From positions 1,998,111 through 2,062,110 of the forward strand of contig OY761611.1 of the NCBI GenBank assembly GCA_963664875.1: 64,000 nt of DNA, given 5' to 3'. Under the pieces are notes generated by a model. That model saw nothing but the letters and a program-made list of their open reading frames with translations. It searched no databases and was not told the DNA's origin. The translations under genes were made by a program, and so were the position numbers. Each line of letters opens with the position of its first letter. Position 1 is the stretch's first letter. Source of the DNA: Candidatus Kapaibacterium sp. (lineage in GTDB: Bacteria; Bacteroidota; Ignavibacteria; Kapaibacteriales; UBA2268). Positions 1-12,200 of this stretch are shown one piece after another.

Positions 1-33
1 ATAATGTTACTTACAAAAATAGATAAATTGTAT

Positions 34-67
34 AAAAAAAGGCAACATTTCTGAAAAATGTTGCCTC
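34..67 (-). terminator. Rho-independent terminator closing the four-gene T9SS-cargo operon
   Basis: Inverted repeat ggcaacattt/aaatgttgcc at 41..67, followed on the minus strand by a T-tract (A-run at 34..40 on +). It lies immediately 3' of the stop codon at 85. Confidence 0.5.
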
Positions 68-84
68 TTTTTATTTGTTAGATC

Positions 85-3000
85 TTACTTAACAACAACA
101 ACTTTCAATACAGAATTGAAACCGTTTGCAGTAAGTTTGCAGATATAGCTACCTGAAGTCAATGCAGAAGCATTGAATTCGATAGTGTTAATACCTGCAT
201 TAGCAGTCTGATTGTTTACTAAAGTCATTACTTCATTACCTAATTCATCGAATAATGCGATAGTTACATTTTCTTGAGCAGGCATGTTGTAAGAAATAGT
301 AGCCATAGAAGTTACAGGGTTAGGACCTACTGTAAATTCAAATGTATTAACATCAGCTTCTACTTTAATAACTTTTACAGCGTCAGCAGCTGTTTCAGTA
401 ATTTCGATGTTTCCGTTTTCGCCTTTATTGATAAAGCCTAAAACGTCGTTAGTAGCAGCGTCAACAAATTGATAATCTGCATCAGCATAAGACATAGAAA
501 TTGAAACAGGATAAGTTACACCTTGCAAATTGATAACGCTTTCGTTTTTGTTAGATACATAAGTACCTTCTTCGAAACGTACGTCAAACAATTCAACCAT
601 AGGCATAGGAGGCATTTGGAAAGTAGCAGTGCTAACATTGTTAGAAGCTAAGTACAATGAAGTATTGTGCTGAGCATTATCAACGATGTTTAACTGAGTG
701 CTAGATGCCAAAACTGCTTCGTTATTGTTATAAGTAGCTTTACCAGTATAATTACCACCTTTAAGGTTCAAGAAACCGTTTTTGTCAGTTTTGATCCAGT
801 AACCTCTGCCAGGTTCCATCATGTTTACAGCTACGTAACCATTTTCTAATGTGTATTTGTAAACATTGTGTTTCAAAGTAAATTCAGAAGTTGGTACTTC
901 GCCATTGAATTCATCAAATTTGATATTAGAGATAGAAGTGTTCATTGTAGGACAGCCGATAGCGTTCCATCCACCTTTATCATCAGTATCGCCAGGATAA
1001 ACTCTTACTTCGTAACCTTTGTCTCTAGAAATTTCATTAACAAACGCACCCGCAAATTTTGTATCTACAAGGTTGTTGTATTTTACAAAGTAACCATAAC
1101 CAGGTTTAACGATGTCAGCTGGTTCCCACATATTGTAAGCCCAGTGCATTGGTTTAGTTACAGCATTTGGATATACGTTTTTGTATTCGTTGTTGATTGG
1201 GCTAACAGGTACAGATACCAAGTTCCAACCTTTAACGATAACAGGAGTACCATCAGCATTTACATAGTCAATAACTGAAGGAAGAGTATATTCAATTAAG
1301 AACTCATTGATTTCAGGATCATTGATGTAGTATGTGCCTTTAGCAACTCTCATGTTAGTAGCTTCTTGTGGTACACCGTGCAATACTGAACGGATGAATA
1401 ACTGAGCACCAACCGGGAAGTCAGCAGCGTCCCAAGAAACAACTACAGGGTAGTTTTGTACGCCGTCAGCGTTAAATTTAACATTGTAGATAATAGAGTT
1501 TACAGTGTCTTTAGAAGATCTGATATCTCTTGAAGCATACAAAGGAGCTTCCAAGTTTGGATTGATACATTCGAAACCGTAAGGGATCAATGTTTCTAAA
1601 ACAGGATCAACAGGGTAGAAACGAGCACCAAAACCAGACAATGGGTAATTGAAAGCTCTTTCGCCGAATAACAAGTCAACATTGTCAGTAGCTCTTGGAG
1701 CAGTACCGAATACTAATGAAGTCATGTCACCTGCAGAACCTCTTGAGTTACGTACATTTAATCTGATACCTGTGCCATTAGCAGCCAAAGTTGGTTCGTA
1801 AGGGCTACGGAAATAGATGAAAGTAACTTTAACTCTTACTGGAGAGATTTCAGCATTTTCTGATCTGATAGTTACATAACCGGTATAGATACCTTCTGAT
1901 TCTTCAGCAGCACCTTTTACTTTGTTTTGATCGCAAACGATGTTGAAATATACTTTTTTATCAACAGGACCACTGATGTTCATAGGATCAGCCTGACCCA
2001 TGATACCATTATCGATAAAGATACCATCTCTGAAAGTTTTAGAATCACCTTTTTTAGCTGATTCAACTTCTAACCATTCTTGGTCTGTTTCGATTCTGAT
2101 ATCTCTTAAACGAGTACCTGTAACTATATTTTGTAATTCTAAAACTAATTCACCTTTTGCATCTGATTCATCAGAAGCAGTAATTGGTTTAGTGATTACA
2201 TAGAAAGCACCATTTTGTTCACCTTTGATTGGATCATCTTTTTCGTTGAAACCAATTTTAGGCAATTTATCCATAACACGGATATAAATACTACCTTCTA
2301 CTGTAGGCTCTGTCAACCAAAGCGGAGTCAAGCTGTTATTGATACCAGCCAAACCTGTTTTTTCAGTTGGATCCGGATAGTAGTTGATAATTTGAGGATC
2401 TACAGCTCTGAATTCTTTGAAAGGAGCTTCTTTTCTAATGTTTAAACCATTGTAATTGATTTCCTGTCTGCCAATGTAGATAGGAGCAATTTTTGTCAGC
2501 GGGTTAGTAGCATTAGGAATAACTCTAAAACGGATAAACATCAAAGGACGGAACTCAGGAGTTCTTGGGTCTTCGTTTACCGGTAATGAGTCAAAAGTAT
2601 GTCCAACGATAGTAATTTTGTGACCATGTTTTTTGTTTTCAATACTTGCATTTGGCATGATGTCTTCCAAATAAGATTTATCAGGAACATCATTAAAGTC
2701 AATTGAAAAACCATCTGCAGTACCGATTACTGGTTTACCTTCTTCAGTAGCATAATCAGCCAATTCAGGGATTGATGCAACTGTTTCGTAACCTACGGCT
2801 CTAACCATAGTAGAGTCATAAAAGATATGGAATTTAAAATCTTTTATTGGTTCAGGATTTACCAAGTGGTGTCTATCTGCGAAAGGATGCCACTGATTGC
2901 TGATAAATATAGGCATCAAGAATTCTCTTGGCCCATTATCAGAAGGAGCAACCCAGATACGTCCATCAGGATATAATTCTGTATTATACGACCCATCCGC

Positions 3001-3150
3001 ACCGGTCAAAGAAAGAACCGGAATGGAAGGATTGTCAGCTTGAGCTTTTTCAAATGTTGCAAATGAAAAGCCCATGACTAGCATCAAGCCAAGAATCAAC
3101 TTACTAGTCAACCCCTTTGCTTTAAAAGCTATTGTCATTCTAACCTCCAT
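85..3150 (-). CDS. Secreted 1021-aa protein with a T9SS (Por) C-terminal sorting domain; function unknown
   Basis: Long uninterrupted ORF with an N-terminal signal peptide (KLILGLMLVMGFSFATFEKAQA). The C-terminal ~80 aa (VGPNPVTSMATISYNM...NVTIALFDELGNEV...GSYICKL...VLKVVVVK) match the T9SS CTD pattern (YPNP, D..G..V, GvY, K-rich end). It is the last gene of the minus-strand operon. Confidence 0.7.
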   Translation of the reverse strand: MEVRMTIAFKAKGLTSKLILGLMLVMGFSFATFEKAQADNPSIPVLSLTGADGSYNTELYPDGRIWVAPSDNGPREFLMPIFISNQWHPFADRHHLVNPEPIKDFKFHIFYDSTMVRAVGYETVASIPELADYATEEGKPVIGTADGFSIDFNDVPDKSYLEDIMPNASIENKKHGHKITIVGHTFDSLPVNEDPRTPEFRPLMFIRFRVIPNATNPLTKIAPIYIGRQEINYNGLNIRKEAPFKEFRAVDPQIINYYPDPTEKTGLAGINNSLTPLWLTEPTVEGSIYIRVMDKLPKIGFNEKDDPIKGEQNGAFYVITKPITASDESDAKGELVLELQNIVTGTRLRDIRIETDQEWLEVESAKKGDSKTFRDGIFIDNGIMGQADPMNISGPVDKKVYFNIVCDQNKVKGAAEESEGIYTGYVTIRSENAEISPVRVKVTFIYFRSPYEPTLAANGTGIRLNVRNSRGSAGDMTSLVFGTAPRATDNVDLLFGERAFNYPLSGFGARFYPVDPVLETLIPYGFECINPNLEAPLYASRDIRSSKDTVNSIIYNVKFNADGVQNYPVVVSWDAADFPVGAQLFIRSVLHGVPQEATNMRVAKGTYYINDPEINEFLIEYTLPSVIDYVNADGTPVIVKGWNLVSVPVSPINNEYKNVYPNAVTKPMHWAYNMWEPADIVKPGYGYFVKYNNLVDTKFAGAFVNEISRDKGYEVRVYPGDTDDKGGWNAIGCPTMNTSISNIKFDEFNGEVPTSEFTLKHNVYKYTLENGYVAVNMMEPGRGYWIKTDKNGFLNLKGGNYTGKATYNNNEAVLASSTQLNIVDNAQHNTSLYLASNNVSTATFQMPPMPMVELFDVRFEEGTYVSNKNESVINLQGVTYPVSISMSYADADYQFVDAATNDVLGFINKGENGNIEITETAADAVKVIKVEADVNTFEFTVGPNPVTSMATISYNMPAQENVTIALFDELGNEVMTLVNNQTANAGINTIEFNASALTSGSYICKLTANGFNSVLKVVVVK

Positions 3151-3154
3151 TGAG

Positions 3155-4306
3155 TTATTTAATATTTAAATATCTTACTTTTGCAATTTTATTTTGGGCT
3201 TTTATGACGACTAAATACAATCCAGCACTTTTATCGTCAAAGCTTATTATCTGTCTATCTTGATATTTTGTACAGTTTCCATTCAAATCATATATCTCTA
3301 TAATGTTATCTTGGTCTTTTACGATTATGCTGTTGTCGGCAATTTCGTAAACTGACTGTACATCTACATCTGTGACACTTGTAGTTCTGTTTGCAAAGAC
3401 ACACGTATCTTTTTCAAGAGTTTTGGCACAGTTACAGTCGTTTAAGTCTGCAATCTCTACCTCAATAGACTCATCATAGTTTTCGTTTATCACTCTGTCT
3501 ATTTCAAAATCTAAAAAGTACTCTTGAGTGTTTTCTTTTATATTTAGAACAATATCGTAACTGCTATCTGACTCTATTACATTTGCTATTTCGATGTCGC
3601 TGTTTTTTGCAGCAAAGTTTGAAAATAAGAATTTATCTGATTTTTGAAGTTTCAAAAGAAAATTGCTTACTTTTGCCTCTTCCGGAATATCTAAAATCAT
3701 AGTAGAATTTAGTTTTCCTGTTTCATCAAATTCTTTTTCTTCAGCATCAAAGCTAACTTTTGCATATCTGTTTTCACCTGATTTAACTTCTGATTCAATA
3801 TAGAATGTTTTATTGGCAAAAGCAGGTATTTTACATTCGGATGTAAATGATAATTCTTCTACAACAAGGCTCGCAGAATCCGGACAATCTCCGATATAAG
3901 TAAACTGCAAAGCTATTAACGGCAAGTCTCCATAACTAGGAACATTTATATGTCCACTTAAGATGCCTGCATTTAACAATATATGATTATCATCTATCAC
4001 TTTTATACTAACTTTATCAAACCTCTCAGAAAGAGTATTTAAAGTGGCATAAGTATTACCAAAGTATAGTTTGGTATTATCATATTCCATGTATAAAGTA
4101 ATACCGAACAGTGAGTCAGATGGCTCTATAGTGCCTAAATCTAAATGTATAAGAACGTCTCTTTTGCTGTTTTGAAATACTATTCCGCAAGCATCAGCTT
4201 TTGACTTAGGAATTATTTCTAAGTTATAATCTTTTGCATTGCTCGGGATACTGCTCCAAAAGAGCAGTATTCCGATGCAAAATATATAATAGCTGAGTTT
4301 ACGCAT
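3155..4306 (-). CDS. Secreted 383-aa protein with a T9SS C-terminal sorting domain; function unknown
   Basis: Signal peptide (YYIFCIGILLFWSSIPSNA). C-terminus IIEIYDLNGN...AGLYLVVIKAQNKIAKVRYLNIK is CTD-like. There is a 4-nt gap to the downstream gene and a 1-nt gap to the upstream gene. Confidence 0.6.
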   Translation of the reverse strand: MRKLSYYIFCIGILLFWSSIPSNAKDYNLEIIPKSKADACGIVFQNSKRDVLIHLDLGTIEPSDSLFGITLYMEYDNTKLYFGNTYATLNTLSERFDKVSIKVIDDNHILLNAGILSGHINVPSYGDLPLIALQFTYIGDCPDSASLVVEELSFTSECKIPAFANKTFYIESEVKSGENRYAKVSFDAEEKEFDETGKLNSTMILDIPEEAKVSNFLLKLQKSDKFLFSNFAAKNSDIEIANVIESDSSYDIVLNIKENTQEYFLDFEIDRVINENYDESIEVEIADLNDCNCAKTLEKDTCVFANRTTSVTDVDVQSVYEIADNSIIVKDQDNIIEIYDLNGNCTKYQDRQIISFDDKSAGLYLVVIKAQNKIAKVRYLNIK

Positions 4307-4307
4307 A

Positions 4308-6209
4308 TTATTTGCTTAGAACTACTTTTTCTGTTACAGAAGTATCATTACCTGATAGTCTGATAATATATACACCATTTGCAACAGCATTACCGTTGTC
4401 ATCTTTACCGTCCCAAACGTATTCGCTACCGCTAATTGCAAATGATTTTACTTTGTTACCTAACATATCGTAGATAGCCAAGTTCATATCATTTGTCAAA
4501 TTAGCATTTAAGCTGAATATAGCATTTGAAGAGAATGGATTTTTAGACAACATTTTAATGCCTAATGTATAGTTTGAAGTTTCAACTTGACTTACAGTTG
4601 AAGTCAAATCTGCTACTTCATTATCGTTCAATCTGATACCGCTTAATTTTACTTCTTTTTCATTTAAGCTAATTTCGATATCGCAAACTTTAGAATCTTT
4701 AGCTAAGTCTTGATTAGCACCAGCAATAACTACTCTGTTTTGAGTAAAGCTTACCATCAAATCTTTGTTAGCAAGTTTCACATCAGCTACGTTAGCATTG
4801 ATGTCAAATTTAGTACTAAAAGCACCTTTTACATCGCCATTAACATATACAGGAATAGTATAGTTACCGTTTTCAAGTTTAGTCATTGTACCAAGAACTA
4901 AGTTAGTAGCTTGAACATCAACATCTACAGCTGATTTGCCTTTATAATCAATCGGATGTTTCCAAGGCAACTGAGAAATCTGACCACCTAAGTATTCTAA
5001 TACATAAGCAGCATCATGTTCGTTACATTGGAATCTAATTTGTTTGATAGAAGCAATTGCTTCAGGTAAATCATCAGAGTATTTGTCAGATTTTGCTTCA
5101 ATTCTAACTTTGTTACCATCAACGTCGAAGTAGAAACGACCATCGTGAGTAACGTCGCCATGGTATGCTTGTCTTCTTCTTGCATCATCCAATGGTTGGT
5201 TAGTAGCTACAGATTTCATAATGATGCGAGCATCATTTATAGAAACGAATCTGTTTTGTGGCTGACCTTCGTGAATATTACCTACAGCTTTAGAGAAATC
5301 AACATCGCCATCGCCCCACCATTCTTCGATTTTGTTAGTAGCTTTAGCAATAAATTTGATTCTTGCATCAGATCTTTGACCTGAAGGCTGCCAGATATTA
5401 GTCAAGTCAGTTGTAGTTTTTTGAAGGTTGATGTCTTGATCGTACAACAAACCGTTCATATAGTCATCAGCTTCACCTTTGATACCAACTGAAGCGTCTT
5501 TGTAAACAACTACAGTATTTGGTGAGTTAGGGTTACCACCGATACCGCCGTAGCAAAATTCGATATCGCCTTGAGCAGAGTACAAAGAAGTTGATTTATA
5601 GATAATCAACTGGAAGTTTGCAACGCTTGAAGGTTGATTTTTATCGTTGATATTCAAATTTTTCCACTGAACGATAAATTTATCAGTTTCTTTCAAATAA
5701 GAAATTTCAGAAGCTAAGTAAGAATTTTTTTCATCCAAAACATTTCTGTAGTAGTGGTCACCCCAGAAAGGAGCCAATACGTTTACAGGATATGAAGAAG
5801 ATTCGATAAACAAAGCTTCTGCATCTACAGCAGGAACCATTGGAGGATCGATTCTAACGATCTGATTGTATTGGTTCTTTTCATATTTGCTGAATGTTAC
5901 AAAGCCATTGACGTTGATAAATATTGAGTTATAGACTTCTCCATTATATTCGAAATCAAAACCCAAATCAACCTGATAGTAACCGTCGTCGTAGTCAACT
6001 TCATTTGCCGGAGGCAAAATGAACTCTTCGCGAGGTATAACGGTTTTCTCGTTATCATTTAGCTCTGCATATGGAACTCCGGTTATCAATGTAGCAGGCT
6101 GAAACTCTGTCCATATTTGAGCTTGGAGATTTGGTGATACAGCTGTTAAACTTGCGATAGCGGCAAGTCCAACTGCAACCTTTTTAAATCTCTTCATTGT
6201 TTTCTCCAA
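4308..6209 (-). CDS. Secreted 633-aa protein with a T9SS C-terminal sorting domain; function unknown
   Basis: Signal peptide (VAVGLAAIASLTAVSPNLQAQ). C-terminus LAIYDMLGNKVKSF...DGKDDNGNAVANGVYIIRL...KVVLSK is a typical CTD. Confidence 0.7.
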   Translation of the reverse strand: MEKTMKRFKKVAVGLAAIASLTAVSPNLQAQIWTEFQPATLITGVPYAELNDNEKTVIPREEFILPPANEVDYDDGYYQVDLGFDFEYNGEVYNSIFINVNGFVTFSKYEKNQYNQIVRIDPPMVPAVDAEALFIESSSYPVNVLAPFWGDHYYRNVLDEKNSYLASEISYLKETDKFIVQWKNLNINDKNQPSSVANFQLIIYKSTSLYSAQGDIEFCYGGIGGNPNSPNTVVVYKDASVGIKGEADDYMNGLLYDQDINLQKTTTDLTNIWQPSGQRSDARIKFIAKATNKIEEWWGDGDVDFSKAVGNIHEGQPQNRFVSINDARIIMKSVATNQPLDDARRRQAYHGDVTHDGRFYFDVDGNKVRIEAKSDKYSDDLPEAIASIKQIRFQCNEHDAAYVLEYLGGQISQLPWKHPIDYKGKSAVDVDVQATNLVLGTMTKLENGNYTIPVYVNGDVKGAFSTKFDINANVADVKLANKDLMVSFTQNRVVIAGANQDLAKDSKVCDIEISLNEKEVKLSGIRLNDNEVADLTSTVSQVETSNYTLGIKMLSKNPFSSNAIFSLNANLTNDMNLAIYDMLGNKVKSFAISGSEYVWDGKDDNGNAVANGVYIIRLSGNDTSVTEKVVLSK

Positions 6210-6286
6210 TTTATTTATTAATCTCTTTTTCTATTTTTTAAGTAGGCAGGTCTTCAGTCTAAAGAAGACCTGCTATATTCTAAGTG

Positions 6287-9200
6287 TTATTTTACTAAAA
6301 CAACCGGCATAGAAGAAGAAACGTTACCTGCTTTCATTCTGATAGTGTAAGTTCCACTTACGATGCCTGAATTAGCTACTTTCCAGTCGATTGTATGAGT
6401 ACCGGCTTGGTAATTACCACTGTTAATTACTTCAACTACGTTACCTAATACATCGATCAATTCGAATGATACTGATTCACTTCTTGTCAAAGTAAATTCA
6501 ATGTTAGCACTTGTTGTAACAGGGTTTGGACTTACTGAGTTCAAGCTTGTTACGAACATTTCGTTATCATCGATGCTCATAGCAGGATCATAAACGATTA
6601 CAAATTCTGTAAGAGCTAAGTCATTGATTGTAATAGTACATTCAGAACCGTTTTTCTCGAATTGAACTGTAGATACATGGTTGCCTTCACCATCTTTCAT
6701 GTTGAAAGAGTAGTAGTTACCATCTGTAGTCAATCTGTCTTTGATAAAGAACTGACCATCAGTTGGGATTTGGTCTGTATTCCATGCGATAGTTACAGGA
6801 ACTAATGGACCTGTAGCACCGTTTTCACCACCTGGTTGGAACTGACCATTGTATCTAAACAAACCATCTACGTTTGAAGGATAGATATTTCTAGCAACAC
6901 CGTTAGTTGCAGGGATATCCCATCTTGCATCAAATGCGTCTAATGGCGGAATTGGAGCCAATTCAAATTCGCAATGTGTTTCATCGATAATACCTACTTC
7001 TTTACCATCATCGCCATAACCTGTAGTTGCGTTTGCAGGAGCAGTACCGAAAGAAAGTACTTTTGCAGCGCCGATGCTATTTGTAATAGTCAAATCAGCA
7101 ACGAAATCTGTAGGATCAGCAAGTCTGATAATGTAAGGGATAACCAATTCTTCACCATATTTATCAGTGATAACAATCAACAATCTTGCAGAAGATTTAT
7201 CAATTGGATCTCTGTCTAGATCTAAGTTAGAAGCTGTGATTTCGATATCTTGTTCTTCGTTGATAGGACCAACTAAAGAAGAAGGGCTAAATGTAAATTT
7301 GCTAGTAATTTTTTGACCTTTAGTCCAATCTGCCTGAGCATAATAGATATCGATAGTCAATTCTTCTTCGTGTCCATCTATGTTACGTAACAAGTCTCTG
7401 TCGCTGATAGTGATTTCATCTCTGAAGTTACCACCAAGATCAGCACAAATTACTTCTTGTTGAGCTACATAGTTTGGAGCGTGGTTAAGTGAGTCAACTT
7501 GTAACTGCAATACTTTAATTGTTGGAAGACCTTCTTCGTCTCTTACTACTACAAATACAGGGTCTGTTTTTGGAGCATCAAGTACGCCAGGTGTACCGAA
7601 CAACAAGCCTGATTTAGGATTGATTTTCAACCAAGCAGGAGTTGCATAAGTCAAGTCAGCAACATTGAAGCCTGCAGCTGTCAATTCATCTTTAACATTC
7701 CAAGCACCTGCTTCAGGGAAACAAGGATCTTTTGGTATGTCTGCAGCATTGATGTCATAAACTAATTCGAATTCGTGTGTTTGATCGAAGTTAGCATCTT
7801 TTACATGAATCATTCTATTAGAGTCAAGTAGGTCGATGTTGTAATCTTCGTCTTCTTTAGCATTGTCTAATGCTTCAGTGATGATTTCAGGAGCGATATT
7901 GATAAGTACTTTGTACTGTTGCAATGCCATAGCACCATGACCATCATTAACAACGATATTTACGATTGTGTCTAAGTTTAATGCACCATTAACTGATTTA
8001 GAATCAGCTTTAGCTGTAAGCAATTCGATAGCTTCTGCTCTGTCGATGCGGATGTTCAATTGACCTTTGCTAGTGAATAGCAAGCCATTAACATCAGGAA
8101 TAGTAGCATCGTCGAAAGTCATCATATATTCCGGAGCCAACCATTTAGGAGCGATTCTATTGATCATAGAAATGCCACTTGGGTCGTAACCGTCACTATC
8201 AAAATCAACTGCTAATGTATCAAGGTCAATTACGTTACCGTCGTTATCATAAGCTACGTGTTGGAAGCCGTAAGCTGTTTTACCATAAGGGAACGTCCAA
8301 GGAGTTCTACCTGCAGCTACGTCATGAGCAAGAGCCCATTGGTCTTCGTTTTCATCGTTAGTGTTAACGTCGATTTGGAAACGCAATTTATCTGTTAAGT
8401 TAGCTTTCAACTGACCGTCATCAGTAATATCGCAAGCTGACAATGAAGGAGTGTATTCAACCCAAGTTTTAGTTGTACCTTGAGCATCTGTTCTGATTTC
8501 AACTACTTCTTTAGCTGCATCTACTGCTGCCTGATCTCTCATATCTACGAAATCTGCAAATTGAGGAACAGAGTCAACAACGATAAGTTTGAAAGTGTAA
8601 GAACGTTTGTAGTTAGTACCAAAGTTGATAGTATCTTGTTGCAAGAATCTTGCATTATCAGTATCGTATTTTTCTGCATGGAAATATTCAGGATAAGTTT
8701 CGATATACTTATCTATTTCGTTTAAGTCAAAGTTAGGATCATGTGCTAACAATGAATCAAGTACTCTGTAGTGAGGAGGGAAGTTAGAAACTGTAACAGT
8801 TACATCTTCACCGCCAGGTACTACAAATGGGTTCAACGGACGACCACGGAAGATCATGTAACCATTTGCAGAATCAGCAACAGAAGGAACATTGATATTT
8901 GCAATGTCAGTAGTAGTTCTGTAAACTTTATCAAACATCAACCAACGAGAAACTGCTGTGTTAGGATCAACATTCCAATCGTAGAACAATTCAGAATATT
9001 GGTCACCAGCGATTTCAGATCTTGGATCGATAAATTTGTTTAAGTCTTTTGCAGTAATTTTTACGATTACGTTATTGTTGTTGTTACCTAATTCATAAAG
9101 ATGATCTTCAAGAACAAATTTAGTGTTCAAGAATTCTTCAACTTGAATTGTGTCTGGTCTGTTAGGAATATCAGAACCTGCAAGGTATTCAGGAACTTCA

Positions 9201-12200
9201 GTTTGCAATTTAACAACATCACCTGTAAACACTGGAGGATTTGTAGATTCAGAGATACCGAATTTCAAACCATCTTCCATAGCTTTTACAACACCTTCTC
9301 TCCACAATACTGTACGAGAAACGATTCTGATTGTATCGCCAACGTTTACCGGAAGTGCTTTATATCTTTCACCAGCGAAGTACGCTTGGTTACCATCGTT
9401 AGAAGCAGGCATATCAGGTCTGTTGCTATAGATTTTAGCAAAGTCACCTAAGTTATAGTTATTGATTGCTTCTAATACAGAGTATTTACGACCTTGAAGA
9501 GCAGCGCCATCTTCATTATAAGGATTGCGAGCTAATTTTTCAAGTAAAGGCTGACCAGAACCTAAGTTCATCAAACCTTCTTCGTTACGACGGAACAAGA
9601 ATTTGTTATTTCTGTTTGTAGAGTCAGGAACCAATTCAACTCTTGCACGGAATACTTCTTTGTTAGCACCGGCTTCAGCAACCTGTTTCATGTTAACGCG
9701 GATGTAGTCAGTAGTAGTTTCATTGATTACAAAGAATACTGTTTCGTTTACAACGTTTGTGTCGTGGTTAGATCTTTCAATCATACCATCGTAATCAACC
9801 ATAGATTCTAAGAACATTGGGTATCCGATTGGATGAGAATCTTCTTTGAAGTCTGTGATTAATTTAGAAACGATTGCATCATCTTCCATATAAGGATCGC
9901 GAGTCATACGACGAACATATTTACCGTCGAATACTTCACCTGCAGCAGCATATCTATCTACAACAGGAGCGATACCAACTGCGAAGTCTTCAATTGGAGA
10001 CATTCTGCGGTTAGAATAGTCAGCAGTTTTGATGTCAGTACCTTTGTCATATACGTCATAAACGCGACCTGACATAAGTAATGTTTCTTTGATTGAATTA
10101 GTACCAGGTAAAGTAACGTCATTAACGTCATTTACTAATGGTATTGGAGTATAGTTATATTTGTTGTAAGATTCAAATGGACCTTGTTCTCTTGGATCAG
10201 CCAAAGTAGTTGGATCAGCAGCATACATAGTTTTCATATGAGTTTCGCCGTCACCTTCGATGTAGAATGTTTCGAAACGTGCGTTAGCGATACCGCCACC
10301 AGCATTTGGCAATTCAAAGATAATGTTTGCTTGAGTTTCACCCCAGTAGTTACCGCGCAATGTGTCAGTACCACCGGAACCGATACCTGTAATACCAGCC
10401 AATAAGCCTTTAGTATTAGGAGCATCCGGTAATCTTACAAAGAAGCGAGCGCTGTTATCATAAACAGAGTTAGCTGCTTCAGAGTAAATGTAAGAAGGTA
10501 GTGGACCTTGAACTTCACCATAAATAGTAGTAGAAGCCAAATCGCTTGAAGCTAAGTTTTTAGGGTTAGAGTTAGGATTGAAAGGACCATCGATTGTGTT
10601 TTGTTCCCAACCGTATTGGTTTCTTGCATCTACATCATTACCTGCAATAAGAGATCTATTGAAGATAAGTTTCAAATCGTAGTTGTCAGAGTAAACAGCT
10701 GAACCAGTAAATGATTTGTTACCAACCATTCTTACGCGGTTAAAGTTTACAGAGTCAATTCTACCAATTCTGTTTTGAGTTACTGAGTCAAGGATGTACA
10801 ATGCACCGCCAAGACCAACGCCATTTTCAGGAAGCATCACTTCTTGGTGATAACGAGTAACATCAGTGAAGCCTTCGTCAGCTGGTTTAACAGAAGTCCA
10901 TTCAGTAGCGCCGTTTGTAAGTACAAGACCGGCATCACCTACTACAAAACCTTTGTTAGGAGCTGAGAAGAAGATATCAGCAAAAGAATATTTAGCATAT
11001 TTGTTTTCAACTTTTTCTTCAGTCCAAGTCAAACCACCGTCAACTGATTTGAAGAAAGTACCAAACTGACCAACCATATAGCCTGTAGTCTGAGCAACAA
11101 AGTAAACTTTATTGATAGTGTGAGTAGCAGGGCTATTAGGATTGATTACCCAGTTATCGCCTTTGTTAGCAGTAGTCATCATGATACCGCCTTCACCTAC
11201 AGCGTAACCGTCGTTAGGATTTTTGAAGAATACAGATTTCAAGTTTTGAGTAACGCCGGCAACTGTTCTTAAGATCCAGTCTTGGCCACCGTTAGTAGTT
11301 TTCAACATAGTACCACGATCACCAACAATGAAACCATTGTTAAGACCATCGTTGAAATCTACAGCATTCAAATGAGCAGTAACAGGTTGAGTTGAAGTCC
11401 AAGTCTGACCTGCATCAGTTGTTTTCAAGATATAACCATTATCGCAAGCAGCAACAGCTACGTTAGTACCAATAAATTTAACATCATTGATTTTAGCTGA
11501 AACAGGAGTAGTCATTTTTACCCAAGTTTTACCTGCGTTTGTAGTTTTCAATACAGTACCGCGGTCACCAACTACATAACCTGTTTGGTAGTCAGTAAAG
11601 TGAACGTCAGTAAGTCTGTAGTTAGTACCTGAAGTCAAGTATTCCCAGTTTGCACCACCGTTAGTAAATTTAACGATAAGACCACCCATACCAACGCCAT
11701 AACCAATGTTGTTATCCAACCAGTTAGTAGCGATAATATTGTTAGTAGTTACTTGAGTACCTTGATTAACTTGAGTAGCACCTGAGCCAGTTTGAGAAGC
11801 AAGAATATTATCATCAACGATAATTTCGTTGTTGTAGAATCTTGTCAACATTCTAACATCAGGAGGGAAGTTTTCAGAGTCATAAGTAAATACATCATTG
11901 TATGAGTTGTAAGAAACAGGCATACCGTACATGTCATACTGAACATCATCAACGTCAGTGATAAAGAAACGTTTAGAAGAAGTTTCAGGATTAACCATAC
12001 AGATTGCACCACCGTTACCGTTATAAACAGTATTGTGAGCAAACTCAACACCTTTAACTAAAGTAAGGTCAGCGTTAAGAGCATAAATAGCACCGCCACC
12101 TCTGATTTCAGGTTTGTTAGCATCAACAGTAATGTCTTTACCAACAGTGTTGCCTAAGAAAGAAGCTCTTACAAATGAGCAAGCTCTTTCGTGAGCAGGA